Part shown: positions 50,590 through 60,547 of the stretch, in pieces
Layout of the letters: each line of letters begins with the position of its first letter
Numbering within the stretch: position 1 is the first letter of the stretch
NCBI GenBank assembly: GCA_050248615.1
Contig: JBFWSA010000002.1
Location: 16,457-80,456 of the forward strand
Source: Simkaniaceae bacterium
Lineage (GTDB): Bacteria; Chlamydiota; Chlamydiia; Chlamydiales; Simkaniaceae
Direction of reading: 5' to 3'
Length of the DNA: 64,000 bases
Position numbers and translations under genes: made by a program
Notes under the pieces: model-generated
What the model saw: the letters and a program-made list of their open reading frames with translations, nothing else
Told to the model about the DNA's origin: nothing
Database searches by the model: none

Positions 50590-52224
50590 TTAACGTGATT
50601 TCATTTTTTCTACTGTACGCATTTCTTGACCAAGACGCCCTAGCTCATACCCTTCATAATCGACAAATTTAAAGAACCGTTCAAACTCAGGAAAAACCTG
50701 AGAAACTTGTTTGGCCATTTCTTGTGCCACATAACGGTAAGAGGGATGTCCTGCTGGAGAGGAACGCAACTCACACATCCACTGCAAAGCACGGAGGTTG
50801 ATGTGAAAGTACCAGTGGATATTATAGGCCATGGGAACAACATATTGTGCTTCTTCAGGAAGTTCTTTTGCAATTTCTTCGTAAACATCTTTAGCTTTGT
50901 CCATCGCTTCGCGGTACTCTTTTTCCATATCCGTATCAAGAATTTCTTGAGGGATGTAATACCCCAAATGACAGGATAAAGGTTGACGTTGTTGGGAAAG
51001 GGTACGGTGACGTTGAAGATCACGATAAATCCCGAAGTCCGCAACAATTTCAAAGGTAAACTCAGCTTGTTCTAAGGCACGTGGAGATTTATGGCGACGG
51101 TTTTGTCTAAAAGCGCTGGCGGCTTCAAAAATACGGGAGAGATCCTCTTTGGGAAGTCTACGACACATTTCTTGAAGTTCTAATAGACCTGCTTTTGATT
51201 GATCAAAGAGGAGGGCGGCTCCCACTTTAATCGGACTTTCTTGATCATAATTGATAAGACGTACAGTCGGTCGGTCTAACGGTTCTAAAGAAGAGGTGTA
51301 TTGCTCTGCAATGATATGGAGCTCCTCATCGGTTTTCTCTCTAAACTCTGCAAAAGATTGTTGATGTTTATGGCTGAGATCCGCTCGACGGACAAAGGAG
51401 GGCATGACTTTCGAAAGTTCTTGATGGCTTGAACGGGCTATTTCCTGAAGCTCAGAAAGGTTATGACAGTTGAGTTTTTGGATGAGCGACTCAAAAAACC
51501 GTCCATTTCCATAGACTCCCATATTTGTCAGAGCACTGGCAGGAAGGAGTCCCCGCAGACAATCGAGCACTTTTGCACGCAGCGCAGCTGTATAGGCAAT
51601 TTTGGAGACTTCATGTTCTTTGGGAAATTTTTTCTCCATATACTCGGTCAAGGGAGGAATCAAACGCCCATAGACTTCAAACAAATGGTTACACGTATCC
51701 ACATAAATATCGCGATATGCAGAGGTCATTAAAATGGGCTCACGAAAGAAAAGAAACTCCCCTTCATATTTTTGATCGAAATAAATGTAACGTGTCGATT
51801 TTTCAAGAGGTGATCCCCCAATGCGGCTATCTTCAATGACTTTTGCTGCAATCATCGAAACATTTTCAACAGCTAAATGGGCCCCCCCGAGCTCTCCAAT
51901 TGAATCATCCCCATAACCATCCAAAATGCGATCATAAAAATTTTGTGCTTTTTTAATCGCAACACTTTGGTCTTCCAGTTCATCATCATTTACCTCTCCC
52001 TTCTGACCTGCAATCGAAGCAAAGGCGGTCTCTTCATTTAAAATAAACTCTTTAAGGAGCAAAGAGCGCAACCCTAAACTAGAACGAGAGTAACGGGAAA
52101 ACAGGGCTCCCTTGATAACTTCTGGAAGATTTCGTAAACAAAAGATATGACTGGAAGTATTGGTAACATACCGTTTAATGATTTTCAGCTGCGACTCATT
52201 GAACTCTTCGTAGTCATTTAACAT
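50590..52224 (-). CDS. thyX: Flavin-dependent thymidylate synthase, double-domain type
   Basis: RYSRS, GYGDDSIGE, EKSTRY, RDLQRHRTLS; ATG at 52224 follows GGAG. Confidence 0.9.
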   Translation of the reverse strand: MLNDYEEFNESQLKIIKRYVTNTSSHIFCLRNLPEVIKGALFSRYSRSSLGLRSLLLKEFILNEETAFASIAGQKGEVNDDELEDQSVAIKKAQNFYDRILDGYGDDSIGELGGAHLAVENVSMIAAKVIEDSRIGGSPLEKSTRYIYFDQKYEGEFLFFREPILMTSAYRDIYVDTCNHLFEVYGRLIPPLTEYMEKKFPKEHEVSKIAYTAALRAKVLDCLRGLLPASALTNMGVYGNGRFFESLIQKLNCHNLSELQEIARSSHQELSKVMPSFVRRADLSHKHQQSFAEFREKTDEELHIIAEQYTSSLEPLDRPTVRLINYDQESPIKVGAALLFDQSKAGLLELQEMCRRLPKEDLSRIFEAASAFRQNRRHKSPRALEQAEFTFEIVADFGIYRDLQRHRTLSQQRQPLSCHLGYYIPQEILDTDMEKEYREAMDKAKDVYEEIAKELPEEAQYVVPMAYNIHWYFHINLRALQWMCELRSSPAGHPSYRYVAQEMAKQVSQVFPEFERFFKFVDYEGYELGRLGQEMRTVEKMKSR

Positions 52225-52332
52225 CGTTTGCTCTCCTTCAGTTTGGCAGTGATAAATAATCCAATGCATAAACTTAAAGATTCTAACTCCTTTTCCTTTT
52301 TTTGGAAAACCCAAGTTGTTATGCTAAAAATA

Positions 52333-53345
52333 ATCTTACTGTGGGTGGAGTTATGATCCCTATATCCTATCCGTTTTTAAAGCGCCCCAGGCGTAACCGA
52401 AAATCTATTGCGATCCGGCAACTTGTTGAGGAAACGACCTTGAGTGCAAAAAATCTCATCTCCCCTTTTTTTATTGTTGAGGGAGAAGGGGTCCGCCAGC
52501 CTATTGTTTCGATGCCTGGAATTGAAAGGCTCTCGCTCGATCTCCTTTTAAAAGAAGGAGAAATCCTTCACGCCCAAGGAATTCCTGCAATCGCCCTCTT
52601 CCCTGCCCTCCAGGCTTCTATTAAAGATGAAGAAGGATCAGAAAGCTGGAATCCAAACTCTCTTATTTGCAGAGCAATTCGTCTTCTTAAAAAAGAGCTG
52701 CCGAGTTTATGCGTGATTGCAGACATTGCCCTCGATCCTTTTACGACTCATGGTCACGATGGGATTGTCAATATGAAGGGAGAGGTGGATAACGACCTCA
52801 CTCTAAGTGCTCTTACCAAACAGGCTCTGTGTTATGCCCAAGCGGGATGTGATATTCTGGCTCCTAGTGATATGATGGATGGTAGGGTTCGAGTTATCCG
52901 AGAAGCTCTTGATAATCAGGGGGAAACTGCGGTGTCCATTTTAGCCTATACAGCAAAATATGCTTCGGCTTTTTATGGCCCCTTCAGAAGTGCGATTCAC
53001 ACACGTCTTCAGTTCGGAGATAAAAAAACCTATCAAATGAATCCGGCAAATATTCAAGAAGCTGTGCGTGAAGCCCTTCTCGATCAAGAGGAAGGGGCGG
53101 ACATGCTCATGGTCAAACCCGCCTTACCCTATTTAGATGTCATTGCAAAATTAAAAGAAAAAACCCTACTCCCTGTTGGCGCTTATCATGTTAGTGGAGA
53201 ATATGCGATGATAATGGCTGCCCACGAAAAGGGGTATCTTGATGCACAAAGTACACTTTTTGAATCGCTTGTAAGTATTAAGCGTGCGGGGGCTGACTTC
53301 ATTTTTACTTATGCTGCACCCCAAATCCTAGATTTACTAAATTAA
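52333..53345 (+). CDS. hemB: Porphobilinogen synthase (start uncertain; in-frame ATG at 52353 likely)
   Basis: RPRRNR, DIALDPFTTHGHDG, SDMMDGRV, MVKP, YHVSGEY. Confidence 0.95.
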
Positions 53346-53403
53346 TTTTTTCTGTCATCATCAAGGTAAGGGGTCGATCGAAAGGGGAAGTCCAAAAAAT
53401 GTC

Positions 53404-53841
53404 ATGAAGGGGGGGGTTCTCATGATTGAAAATGGTAAGCAAGTTGCTATCGAATATAGTGTTTTCTTAGACGATAATACTAAGATAGATAGCAATGTGG
53501 GGAAAGATCCCCTGATATTTCTTTTTGGAGCACATCAAATATTGCCCGCTCTAGAAGAAGCTCTTAGAGGTCTTGACGTAGGAGATAATCGCGAGATCAC
53601 TTTACCTCCAAAGGATGCCTACGGTGATGTAAACCCAGATGCGTATAAACGGGTAGAAGCGAAGCTCATTCCAGAAGATTTACGCTTCGAAGGAGCTTTA
53701 TTAGTTGTCTCAGATGAACAGTTTGGGGAAATGCTGATCCGCGTCGAAAGCTTAGAGGGGGATCAAATCATTCTCGATTTCAACCACCCCCTTGCAGGGA
53801 AAACACTGAAGTTTGATGTAACGGTTATCGATATTAATTAA
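53404..53841 (+). CDS. FKBP-type peptidyl-prolyl isomerase (SlyD/SlpA-like, no His-rich tail)
   Basis: LEEAL.G, P.DAYG, LDFNHPLAGKTLKF. Confidence 0.9.
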   Translation: MKGGVLMIENGKQVAIEYSVFLDDNTKIDSNVGKDPLIFLFGAHQILPALEEALRGLDVGDNREITLPPKDAYGDVNPDAYKRVEAKLIPEDLRFEGALLVVSDEQFGEMLIRVESLEGDQIILDFNHPLAGKTLKFDVTVIDIN

Positions 53842-55990
53842 CCGATTCTCGCTCTTCTTGAATCGTTGTATAGAGACGTTTGCCTGTGGCTGCACGTGCA
53901 CCCGTATCGCGGAGCCAAACTGATAATGCGTAAGGGATGAAGGTGCGGCTACTCTTGGTTAAGAAAAAATCGAGAGGGATAGCGAAGGAAACCCCTTTAT
54001 CTCGATAGCGCGCTCCGTTGACAATGTCATGGGCATTTGTCCAGCTATACCAAACATTAAAGTGAAAGCCACTAGAAAAATAGCGTCCTATTTCAAAGCG
54101 CGCTCCTACATCCCGGGCTAGAAACTTCCCAAGACTGACCTTAAATTCTAATTTCAAAGGTTTTAGCGTATAGTAAAGATCAAGAAAATATTGATACCCA
54201 ATAAAATGTTCGTATTCAGGAGTATATCCCTTAAACTTTCGCACTTTTGTTGTAAATCCAAGCCCATGATATTTCCGTTTAAGCACTCCAGCACTTTCTA
54301 AACCTATCGCCCAATCTTGTCCCACAGGGTAATAAAGCACCTCAGCTGCTACACCTGCATAAGCAGGTTCAAAATACCCCGTTGCGACACGCCCATACCA
54401 CCCTTTTTTGATATACATCCCTCGTTGGATGTAGGCTTGCTCAATAGCAAGGGAATTTGTTTGGAAGTATTTGATACTATCTGATCGCACATTCAAAATC
54501 TGAGAAGGATTGAAAAAGTCCATATCCCCCACATCAGATAGGCTGGACTTAATGTTATAGGCTCCTTGAATTTTGTAGTAGAACTGGTCAAAGAGATACC
54601 CTTCGGGGCCCGCAACAAGGCCTACACTATACTTAAACTTCCCCGTAACACTCCCAAAAAAAGTCAAAAGACGAGGACGAATCGTAAACGTCCAAATTCT
54701 TTTTGTCCGATGATATAAAAGGGTCCCTTCATATGGATTGGGAGGGGGTGTCGGTTCCCGCATCGGTGCTAGGGTTTGAAACTCAAAGTCCCCAATCTCC
54801 CGCTTTCGAAACCGTTTTAAATCGATCGTGCGAAAACGGTATTCATGCGTAGGGACACCATCGGCTTCGATCACAACAGTCACCTGGGCAATATTCGAAG
54901 GAGTTAGTGCTCTAAGAATACTTTCAATCCGCTCTTTTAAATCCTTTTCTTCTCGATAGAGGATATTGATCATCTTGATCCAAAGAGTATCTCCCGATAG
55001 ATAAATCCGATAGAGATTGAGCCCCTGCTCAGAAAAAGCAAAGGCAAGTTCTTGAGCGAATTCTCTCTCACTTCTTAAGTATCCCAATGGCTCGGTATCG
55101 AGAGGTGCTTTATAAAGGGGGGGATTATGGACCTTGGGGAAGAGTCCCTTCGACTCCCCTAAGTTGTAATTAAACGAGGCGGAAGCAGCAATATCTTCTC
55201 CCCTCAAGCTACTGACACTCAGTTGTAACATATCAAAAAATGTGGTAGAAAGCCCCACATTAATGCGCGATTTATAGGTTTTCCCTTTGGGATGCTCCCA
55301 ATAACTCTGTTTGTAATCAATGGCATCCCACTCCGCAAGTACAGTGAGGCGGTTGATTCCTGGAATGTTTGTTTTTCGAAAAGGGGTCCACCCTATCCCT
55401 CCAAAAAACCCCCTTATTCTCCCCTTTCCCCAACCCAATGTTATCTCGAGGTTATAATCTGTAAGCTCCTTAGTAGCAACAACATAAAAAGCATGAAACC
55501 TTTTAGAGCCATAAAAATCCTCTAGCCCAACAGCAATTTCGGGAAAATGAGGAAACCCATCTTCTTTACGGAGGACCCCAAACTTGATATTAGCTCCCCG
55601 GTCTGAAAAATCTCCAAAACCCGCTTTCCCTATATCAGGGTCGGGAATTCCACAATAAACACGGTAATTAATGCCAAATTCGAGTCGCTCCAAGGCTTGA
55701 ATCGTTGCTCCATAGTTACGATAGGGGGGGACATAAGAAAACCCTAATGCCACCATTCCCGCTTGATTCATCCGTGCAGAGGGCATATTAAAGTACCCTC
55801 CCATCAGTGTATAGTTATAGTGGAAGGGGAGGGTATCTTTTATTTCTTGATTGATCGTATGGACTAACGCCAGATCCCTAAATAGAAGAGAAACATCCTC
55901 CTCTGCAAAGAGAGGGGCGATGATTAAAAAAATGATTATATAGCGAATTCTGGCAAACAAGTTTATGCAAAAAATTAATTCTATACTCAA
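53834..55990 (-). CDS. YjbH-like outer-membrane protein (start uncertain)
   Basis: GGYFNMPSARM, GYFEPAYAGVAAEVLY, GKFLARDVG, DKG.SF.IPLD. Confidence 0.8.
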   Translation of the reverse strand: MSIELIFCINLFARIRYIIIFLIIAPLFAEEDVSLLFRDLALVHTINQEIKDTLPFHYNYTLMGGYFNMPSARMNQAGMVALGFSYVPPYRNYGATIQALERLEFGINYRVYCGIPDPDIGKAGFGDFSDRGANIKFGVLRKEDGFPHFPEIAVGLEDFYGSKRFHAFYVVATKELTDYNLEITLGWGKGRIRGFFGGIGWTPFRKTNIPGINRLTVLAEWDAIDYKQSYWEHPKGKTYKSRINVGLSTTFFDMLQLSVSSLRGEDIAASASFNYNLGESKGLFPKVHNPPLYKAPLDTEPLGYLRSEREFAQELAFAFSEQGLNLYRIYLSGDTLWIKMINILYREEKDLKERIESILRALTPSNIAQVTVVIEADGVPTHEYRFRTIDLKRFRKREIGDFEFQTLAPMREPTPPPNPYEGTLLYHRTKRIWTFTIRPRLLTFFGSVTGKFKYSVGLVAGPEGYLFDQFYYKIQGAYNIKSSLSDVGDMDFFNPSQILNVRSDSIKYFQTNSLAIEQAYIQRGMYIKKGWYGRVATGYFEPAYAGVAAEVLYYPVGQDWAIGLESAGVLKRKYHGLGFTTKVRKFKGYTPEYEHFIGYQYFLDLYYTLKPLKLEFKVSLGKFLARDVGARFEIGRYFSSGFHFNVWYSWTNAHDIVNGARYRDKGVSFAIPLDFFLTKSSRTFIPYALSVWLRDTGARAATGKRLYTTIQEERESVN

Positions 55991-56145
55991 ACAACTTCAA
56001 AAGTTGGGTTTTCGACTGCGCCAAAGCACCGTAATTTGCCGATCTTAAGAGACCTCATATTTCTAATATTAGGTCTCTTAAGATCGACGAATTCCGAAAG
56101 CTTTCGCGCTTGTCCAAAACCAACTTTTGAAGTTGTTTGAGTATA
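55982..56145. mobile_element. Fold-back element, family A copy 2
   Basis: 160-bp core flanked by TA, near-identical to 11594..11757. Confidence 0.92.
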
Positions 56146-56328
56146 AAAGTAAATTAAGTTCGCAATTAACAGAGAAAAAAGCAAGAAATTATTGAATACA
56201 AGCAAAGAAATTATTTTAACTAATATTACACTTTAAATAAATGACTGTTTTAATTATTATTCGCGCATTATTTTGAAAACCAATTAAAGAAAAACAAATA
56301 TCTATTTTTTGAAAATTAAGAGGATAAC

Positions 56329-56568
56329 ATGACAGAAGTAAATGAAGTTTCAAATGGCGCAGAGATCATCAATTTCGAAGAGATCCTACTGGCTGCTATT
56401 GCAAGCGCAAAAGAGTCAAAGTCACGAGATGATGCTATGAGCGCTCTTCTTGTTCAACATCTGAATATGATTGCTGAGCAAATGCAAACAGAAGCAACTA
56501 TTCAGAAAGAAATCTCTCTACTCGAAAAGACAAGTTCAAGTATCGTCGATTTCGTTCCTGTCAATTAA
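56329..56568 (+). CDS. Small helical hypothetical protein
   Basis: 79 aa; RBS AGAGGA; AT-rich upstream region; downstream hairpin. Confidence 0.65.
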   Translation: MTEVNEVSNGAEIINFEEILLAAIASAKESKSRDDAMSALLVQHLNMIAEQMQTEATIQKEISLLEKTSSSIVDFVPVN

Positions 56569-56589
56569 TCTATCATTGAGAGGGCGTAT

Positions 56590-56752
56590 TATACTCAAAC
56601 AACTTCAAAAGTTGGATTTTCGGCTGCGCCAAAGCACCGTAATTTGCCGATCTTAAATGACCTCATATTTCTAATATTAGGTTATTTAAGATCGACGAAT
56701 TCCGAAAGCTTTCGCGTTGTCCAAAACCAACTTTTGAAGTTGTTTGAGTATA
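56590..56752. mobile_element. Fold-back element, family A copy 3
   Basis: 159-bp core flanked by TA, lying between GAGGGCGT and ACGCCCTC. Confidence 0.92.
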
Positions 56753-56766
56753 ACGCCCTCTTATAT

Positions 56767-58098
56767 TCACTCATAGTACTGGGATGCGTAAGCTTTTTGT
56801 CCTTTCTTGATCACTTCAGGCATTTCAATTTTCGAGGGACACAGGAAGGCAGGCAAGGCAAAATCTTCTGGCGCCACTTCGAGTAGTCCCAGCTTTTCTG
56901 CTTTTTCATAATCTTCTGCAAGAATCGCTTTGATCAGAGAGAGTGTATGAATAGGTAGCGGCATCACACGATCATAAATGCTACTATCTACAAAAGCTCT
57001 TTCTTCTCCGTGTTGCAACGTTGTAAATAAGGGGTTTTTCCTCCGGAATAGGTAAGCTCTTGTCGCACTATACCCTTTGCGCGAAAGTTTGAGAAAATGT
57101 AAGCGTTCACGTTTTTCTTTCCCTTCAGGGAGAGCGCAAACTCCTTGATGATAAAATCCTAAAACCCCATTAGCATGTACTTTTTCTCCCGTTAGGGGAT
57201 CTCCAGAAATATAGCGAACTCCTTCTACCTCTTCGACGAGGCTTTGGATACAAACCCCTCGATTAACCCGGTAAAATCCCCTTTTTGAGGGGGGTAAGCC
57301 TTCTCCGGCAAGGCTAATCACAAGACTTGTGTCATAAATCCCTTGTGTAATCAGTTTTCCAACAGCAAGAACAGTGGAAACATCTAGGGTCCAGATCACC
57401 TGATCATTTCTTAAAATCGGATGTAAAGCAGCAATATGGATCGATGGGTTTGCTATGGGATGGGGCCCTGTCGCTGTATGTTTTTCTACAAACTGTGCTT
57501 GTATAAAAGGAGGGAACGAGCACCCTTTTTCATAGACTAAATGGACGGGACAAAAACGGCTAAGCACTTTTAGACCCGCTGCAAAGAGTTCCTCTCTCCC
57601 TTCAACTTGCAGCTCTGGAGGGGGCATAAAGGGAGCTGACTCCAGTGCTTTAACAAAAATGGCTTCAGGCCTGTGTTTAGGATGCGCGATGCGCATGCAC
57701 GGACGCACCTGAATATGAGGCATTAAACCTCCTTCCATAAAACGAGCCAGTATCTCTTCCAGCTTTGCTTCTAAACTTAAGGGTTCATGCTTGACAGGAG
57801 TTTGCTTGAGGTCGGTTTCAATGACAACAGAAAGAAGACGCCTTTTGAGCCCACGGACAATCTCTTTAACCACACCGGATGCTGGGGAAACAAAAAACCG
57901 CCCCGAGCAGGATTTGTCTTCAAGAAGAGGTTCCCCAACCTGCACAAAATCGTTTACGTTTTTTAAAAGGGTAAAACGGTGGGTTTCAAAAGGACTAACA
58001 TCTAACGCTACCCTTTTAGAAAGGGGAAGATCTTGCACCTCCCCTTCAGGCTTTCCCCCTAGGGGAATATTAAGCCCCTGTTTGATTCGAATATCCAT
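56767..58098 (-). CDS. nqrA: Na(+)-translocating NADH-quinone reductase subunit A
   Basis: IKQGLNIP..G.P, SPASG.V, ISGDPLTG, LGLLEVAPEDFAL..CPSK. Confidence 0.92.
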   Translation of the reverse strand: MDIRIKQGLNIPLGGKPEGEVQDLPLSKRVALDVSPFETHRFTLLKNVNDFVQVGEPLLEDKSCSGRFFVSPASGVVKEIVRGLKRRLLSVVIETDLKQTPVKHEPLSLEAKLEEILARFMEGGLMPHIQVRPCMRIAHPKHRPEAIFVKALESAPFMPPPELQVEGREELFAAGLKVLSRFCPVHLVYEKGCSFPPFIQAQFVEKHTATGPHPIANPSIHIAALHPILRNDQVIWTLDVSTVLAVGKLITQGIYDTSLVISLAGEGLPPSKRGFYRVNRGVCIQSLVEEVEGVRYISGDPLTGEKVHANGVLGFYHQGVCALPEGKEKRERLHFLKLSRKGYSATRAYLFRRKNPLFTTLQHGEERAFVDSSIYDRVMPLPIHTLSLIKAILAEDYEKAEKLGLLEVAPEDFALPAFLCPSKIEMPEVIKKGQKAYASQYYE

Positions 58099-58133
58099 AC
58101 GACTTCAGCTCCACTGGCTAAATAATGCAAATT

Positions 58134-58198
58134 GAGACCATTGCAAAAGTCATTCCATTCATGAAGCTATCCTAATAAATCATTTTTGCAACGGTCTC
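58134..58198. mobile_element. 65-bp miniature element with IS5-like terminal inverted repeats
   Basis: GAGACCATTGCAAAA / TTTTGCAACGGTCTC (14/15 match). Confidence 0.65.
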
Positions 58199-58363
58199 AA
58201 ATTTTAAAGGAATCTTTCCACTTTGGCTATAAAAAAAGTTGTTTGAGTATTGATTACTATTTATGAAAATTCCTGTTTTTTAAGTATTCTCAATTGCAGA
58301 TAATTATGGAAATTTCTATACTTTTTTCAACACAACAAAGAAAAATTGATAGGTTCACATCTA

Positions 58364-60538
58364 ATGTCCATGAGTTATCTAGATCAGTTTCAAAAACACC
58401 TCAGAAATCATGATTACCCGGCATTCCTTACTTTATGGGAAGAGTATTGCATGGGTGATGAGGTGGATGGAGAAGAATTAAAGCGCATTTTGAAGAGTGT
58501 AAAAAACTCAGAGCTTGCTATACCGTTCGGGCGTCATGTGGAAAAAGCCCTCGATTTGTGGGAAAAAATTAAAGATACGGATTTAGGGCATGATATTTTC
58601 AAATTCGTTCTCGATCTTCAAACCACCAATACCCCTTCCTTGGCTGAATTGACTTTAAGTTACTTAAGAACACGCTTTCAGGAAGATCCTTATTACAATG
58701 ATAAGATTCGCCTTACAGGACTTAGAGATAGCCACGATTTTCAAGGCGCTGTCAGCAACTACGAGCTCCTCTCCCACATGAAGAAAGGGAACTATGTCTT
58801 CCATACGGGAGGTTGGGGTGTTGGGGAAATCACCGATATCTCTTTTATCCGTGAACAGCTTACAATCGAATTCGATTATGTCCCCGGAAAAAAAGACCTT
58901 TCTTTCCAAAATGCTTTCAAAACGCTGATTCCAATTCCCGATGAACACTTCTTGGCGCAACGTTTTGGAAATCCTGATGCTCTTGAAGAACGCGCCAAAA
59001 AAAACCCCGTAGAAGTGATCCACATTCTCTTACGTGATTTAGGGCCTTCCACTGCAGCAGAGATTAAAGAAGAGCTTTGTGAGCTTGTGATTCCCAATGA
59101 AGATTGGGCTAGATGGTGGCAAACAGCACGTTCTAAAGTCAAAAAAGACACCATGATCGAAACTCCTAGCGATATCCGTAAACCTTTCAAGTTGCGTGAG
59201 ACAGAAGTGGCCCACGAAGATCATTTGCAAAAAGCTCTAGAGAAGAAACCCGATGCAAGCTCCCTCATTCAAATGGTGTATGCCTATCTGCGCGATTTTC
59301 CCCAAACACTCAAAAATGAAGAGTTTAAAAATCAGCTGCAAGAGAAAATTAAAAAAGCTCTATCTGTTGAAGAGTTAACAGATGCTCAAGAACTGCAGCT
59401 ACACTTTTTTATGGAAGATTTAACAGAAGATAAAGACTATCTCCCTGTTAAGGAGCTCATCAAACGTTTTTCTTCTCCTGAAGATGTTGTCAAAGCGATA
59501 GACATCATGGCTTTTAAAAAGCGCACGCTTACGAATATTTTAGAGCTGCGCAATGATTGGGAAACAGTCTTTTTAAATCTATTGCTGATTGTAGAGCAAA
59601 ATCCCCTTAGAGACTATATTCTTACAGAACTTCTGCAGACTAAAAAAGAGTCTGAAATTATTAAGAAACTGGATGAACTCCTCTCTTTTCCCAGCCGCTA
59701 TCCACAAGTCATTCTCTGGTATTTTCAAAAAATTATGCGTAATTCTGCTATTCCTTATGGTGATCAAGAAGGAAAAAATCGCTTTTTTGAATCTTTCTTA
59801 ATTCTCCTTAGCTCTCTTGAGCAATCCTCAGGATACCGAGATCTTATTAAAAAGATGTTAACTTTTCTCACAACGGGGCGCTATAGCAACGTACGGAAGA
59901 TTTTCCAGAAAGCCTCAAAAGAGGCTGTTCAGGAGTTTCTCCTTCTTGCAACCAAATGTCAAAGCCTTAGCGATCATGACATTAAGATTTTCCACTCTTT
60001 AGCTGAAGTGGTCCATCCCGCTTTAGCCAAGCTAGGGAAAAAATATAGTGAAGACGAGCAAGAAGAAGATCATACCATTTGGACAACAGAAGAGGGGTAC
60101 AATAAAATCAAAAAACGGATCCATCAAATCTCCACAGTAGAAACTGTAGAAAATGCGAAAGAGATCGAAGTGGCTCGCTCCCATGGTGACTTAAGAGAAA
60201 ATGCAGAGTTCAAAGCGGCACTCGAAAAACGAGATCGTCTTCAAAGTGAACTTAAAACCCTTTCTGACCAGTTCAATAAGGCACGTATTCTCACTAAAAA
60301 TGATGTCTCCATTGAACAAGTGGGTGTTGGCGTTATCGTTGAATTCCAAAATGAAGAGGGACACAAGGTCGCCTATACCCTCCTAGGTCCTTGGGAAGCG
60401 GATCCTGAAAAGAATATCCTCTCCTTTCAATCCAAACTTGCGCAATCCCTCATTGGACATAAAGTGGGTGACAAAGTATCTATCCAAGGGAAGAATATGA
60501 AAATCTCAAACTTGCGCAATTATTTTGAAAACGAGTAG
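58364..60538 (+). CDS. greA: Transcription elongation factor GreA with long chlamydial N-terminal extension
   Basis: C-terminal ARSHGDLRENAEF and SFQSKLA..LIG..GD. Confidence 0.92.
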   Translation: MSMSYLDQFQKHLRNHDYPAFLTLWEEYCMGDEVDGEELKRILKSVKNSELAIPFGRHVEKALDLWEKIKDTDLGHDIFKFVLDLQTTNTPSLAELTLSYLRTRFQEDPYYNDKIRLTGLRDSHDFQGAVSNYELLSHMKKGNYVFHTGGWGVGEITDISFIREQLTIEFDYVPGKKDLSFQNAFKTLIPIPDEHFLAQRFGNPDALEERAKKNPVEVIHILLRDLGPSTAAEIKEELCELVIPNEDWARWWQTARSKVKKDTMIETPSDIRKPFKLRETEVAHEDHLQKALEKKPDASSLIQMVYAYLRDFPQTLKNEEFKNQLQEKIKKALSVEELTDAQELQLHFFMEDLTEDKDYLPVKELIKRFSSPEDVVKAIDIMAFKKRTLTNILELRNDWETVFLNLLLIVEQNPLRDYILTELLQTKKESEIIKKLDELLSFPSRYPQVILWYFQKIMRNSAIPYGDQEGKNRFFESFLILLSSLEQSSGYRDLIKKMLTFLTTGRYSNVRKIFQKASKEAVQEFLLLATKCQSLSDHDIKIFHSLAEVVHPALAKLGKKYSEDEQEEDHTIWTTEEGYNKIKKRIHQISTVETVENAKEIEVARSHGDLRENAEFKAALEKRDRLQSELKTLSDQFNKARILTKNDVSIEQVGVGVIVEFQNEEGHKVAYTLLGPWEADPEKNILSFQSKLAQSLIGHKVGDKVSIQGKNMKISNLRNYFENE

Positions 60539-60547
60539 GATGATCTC

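Noticed and set aside
48136..52224. Tandem tyrP copies and double-length ThyX
   Set aside because: Both are established in Chlamydiota.
55987..56886. ORFs 55987..56205, 56471..56656 and 56644..56886
   Set aside because: Readings through family A elements or overlapping real genes. The frames I checked in family A contain stops, so there is no sign of an RPE-style in-frame peptide.
56767..60538. nqrA separated from other nqr genes; ~725-aa GreA
   Set aside because: Typical chlamydial arrangement and architecture.
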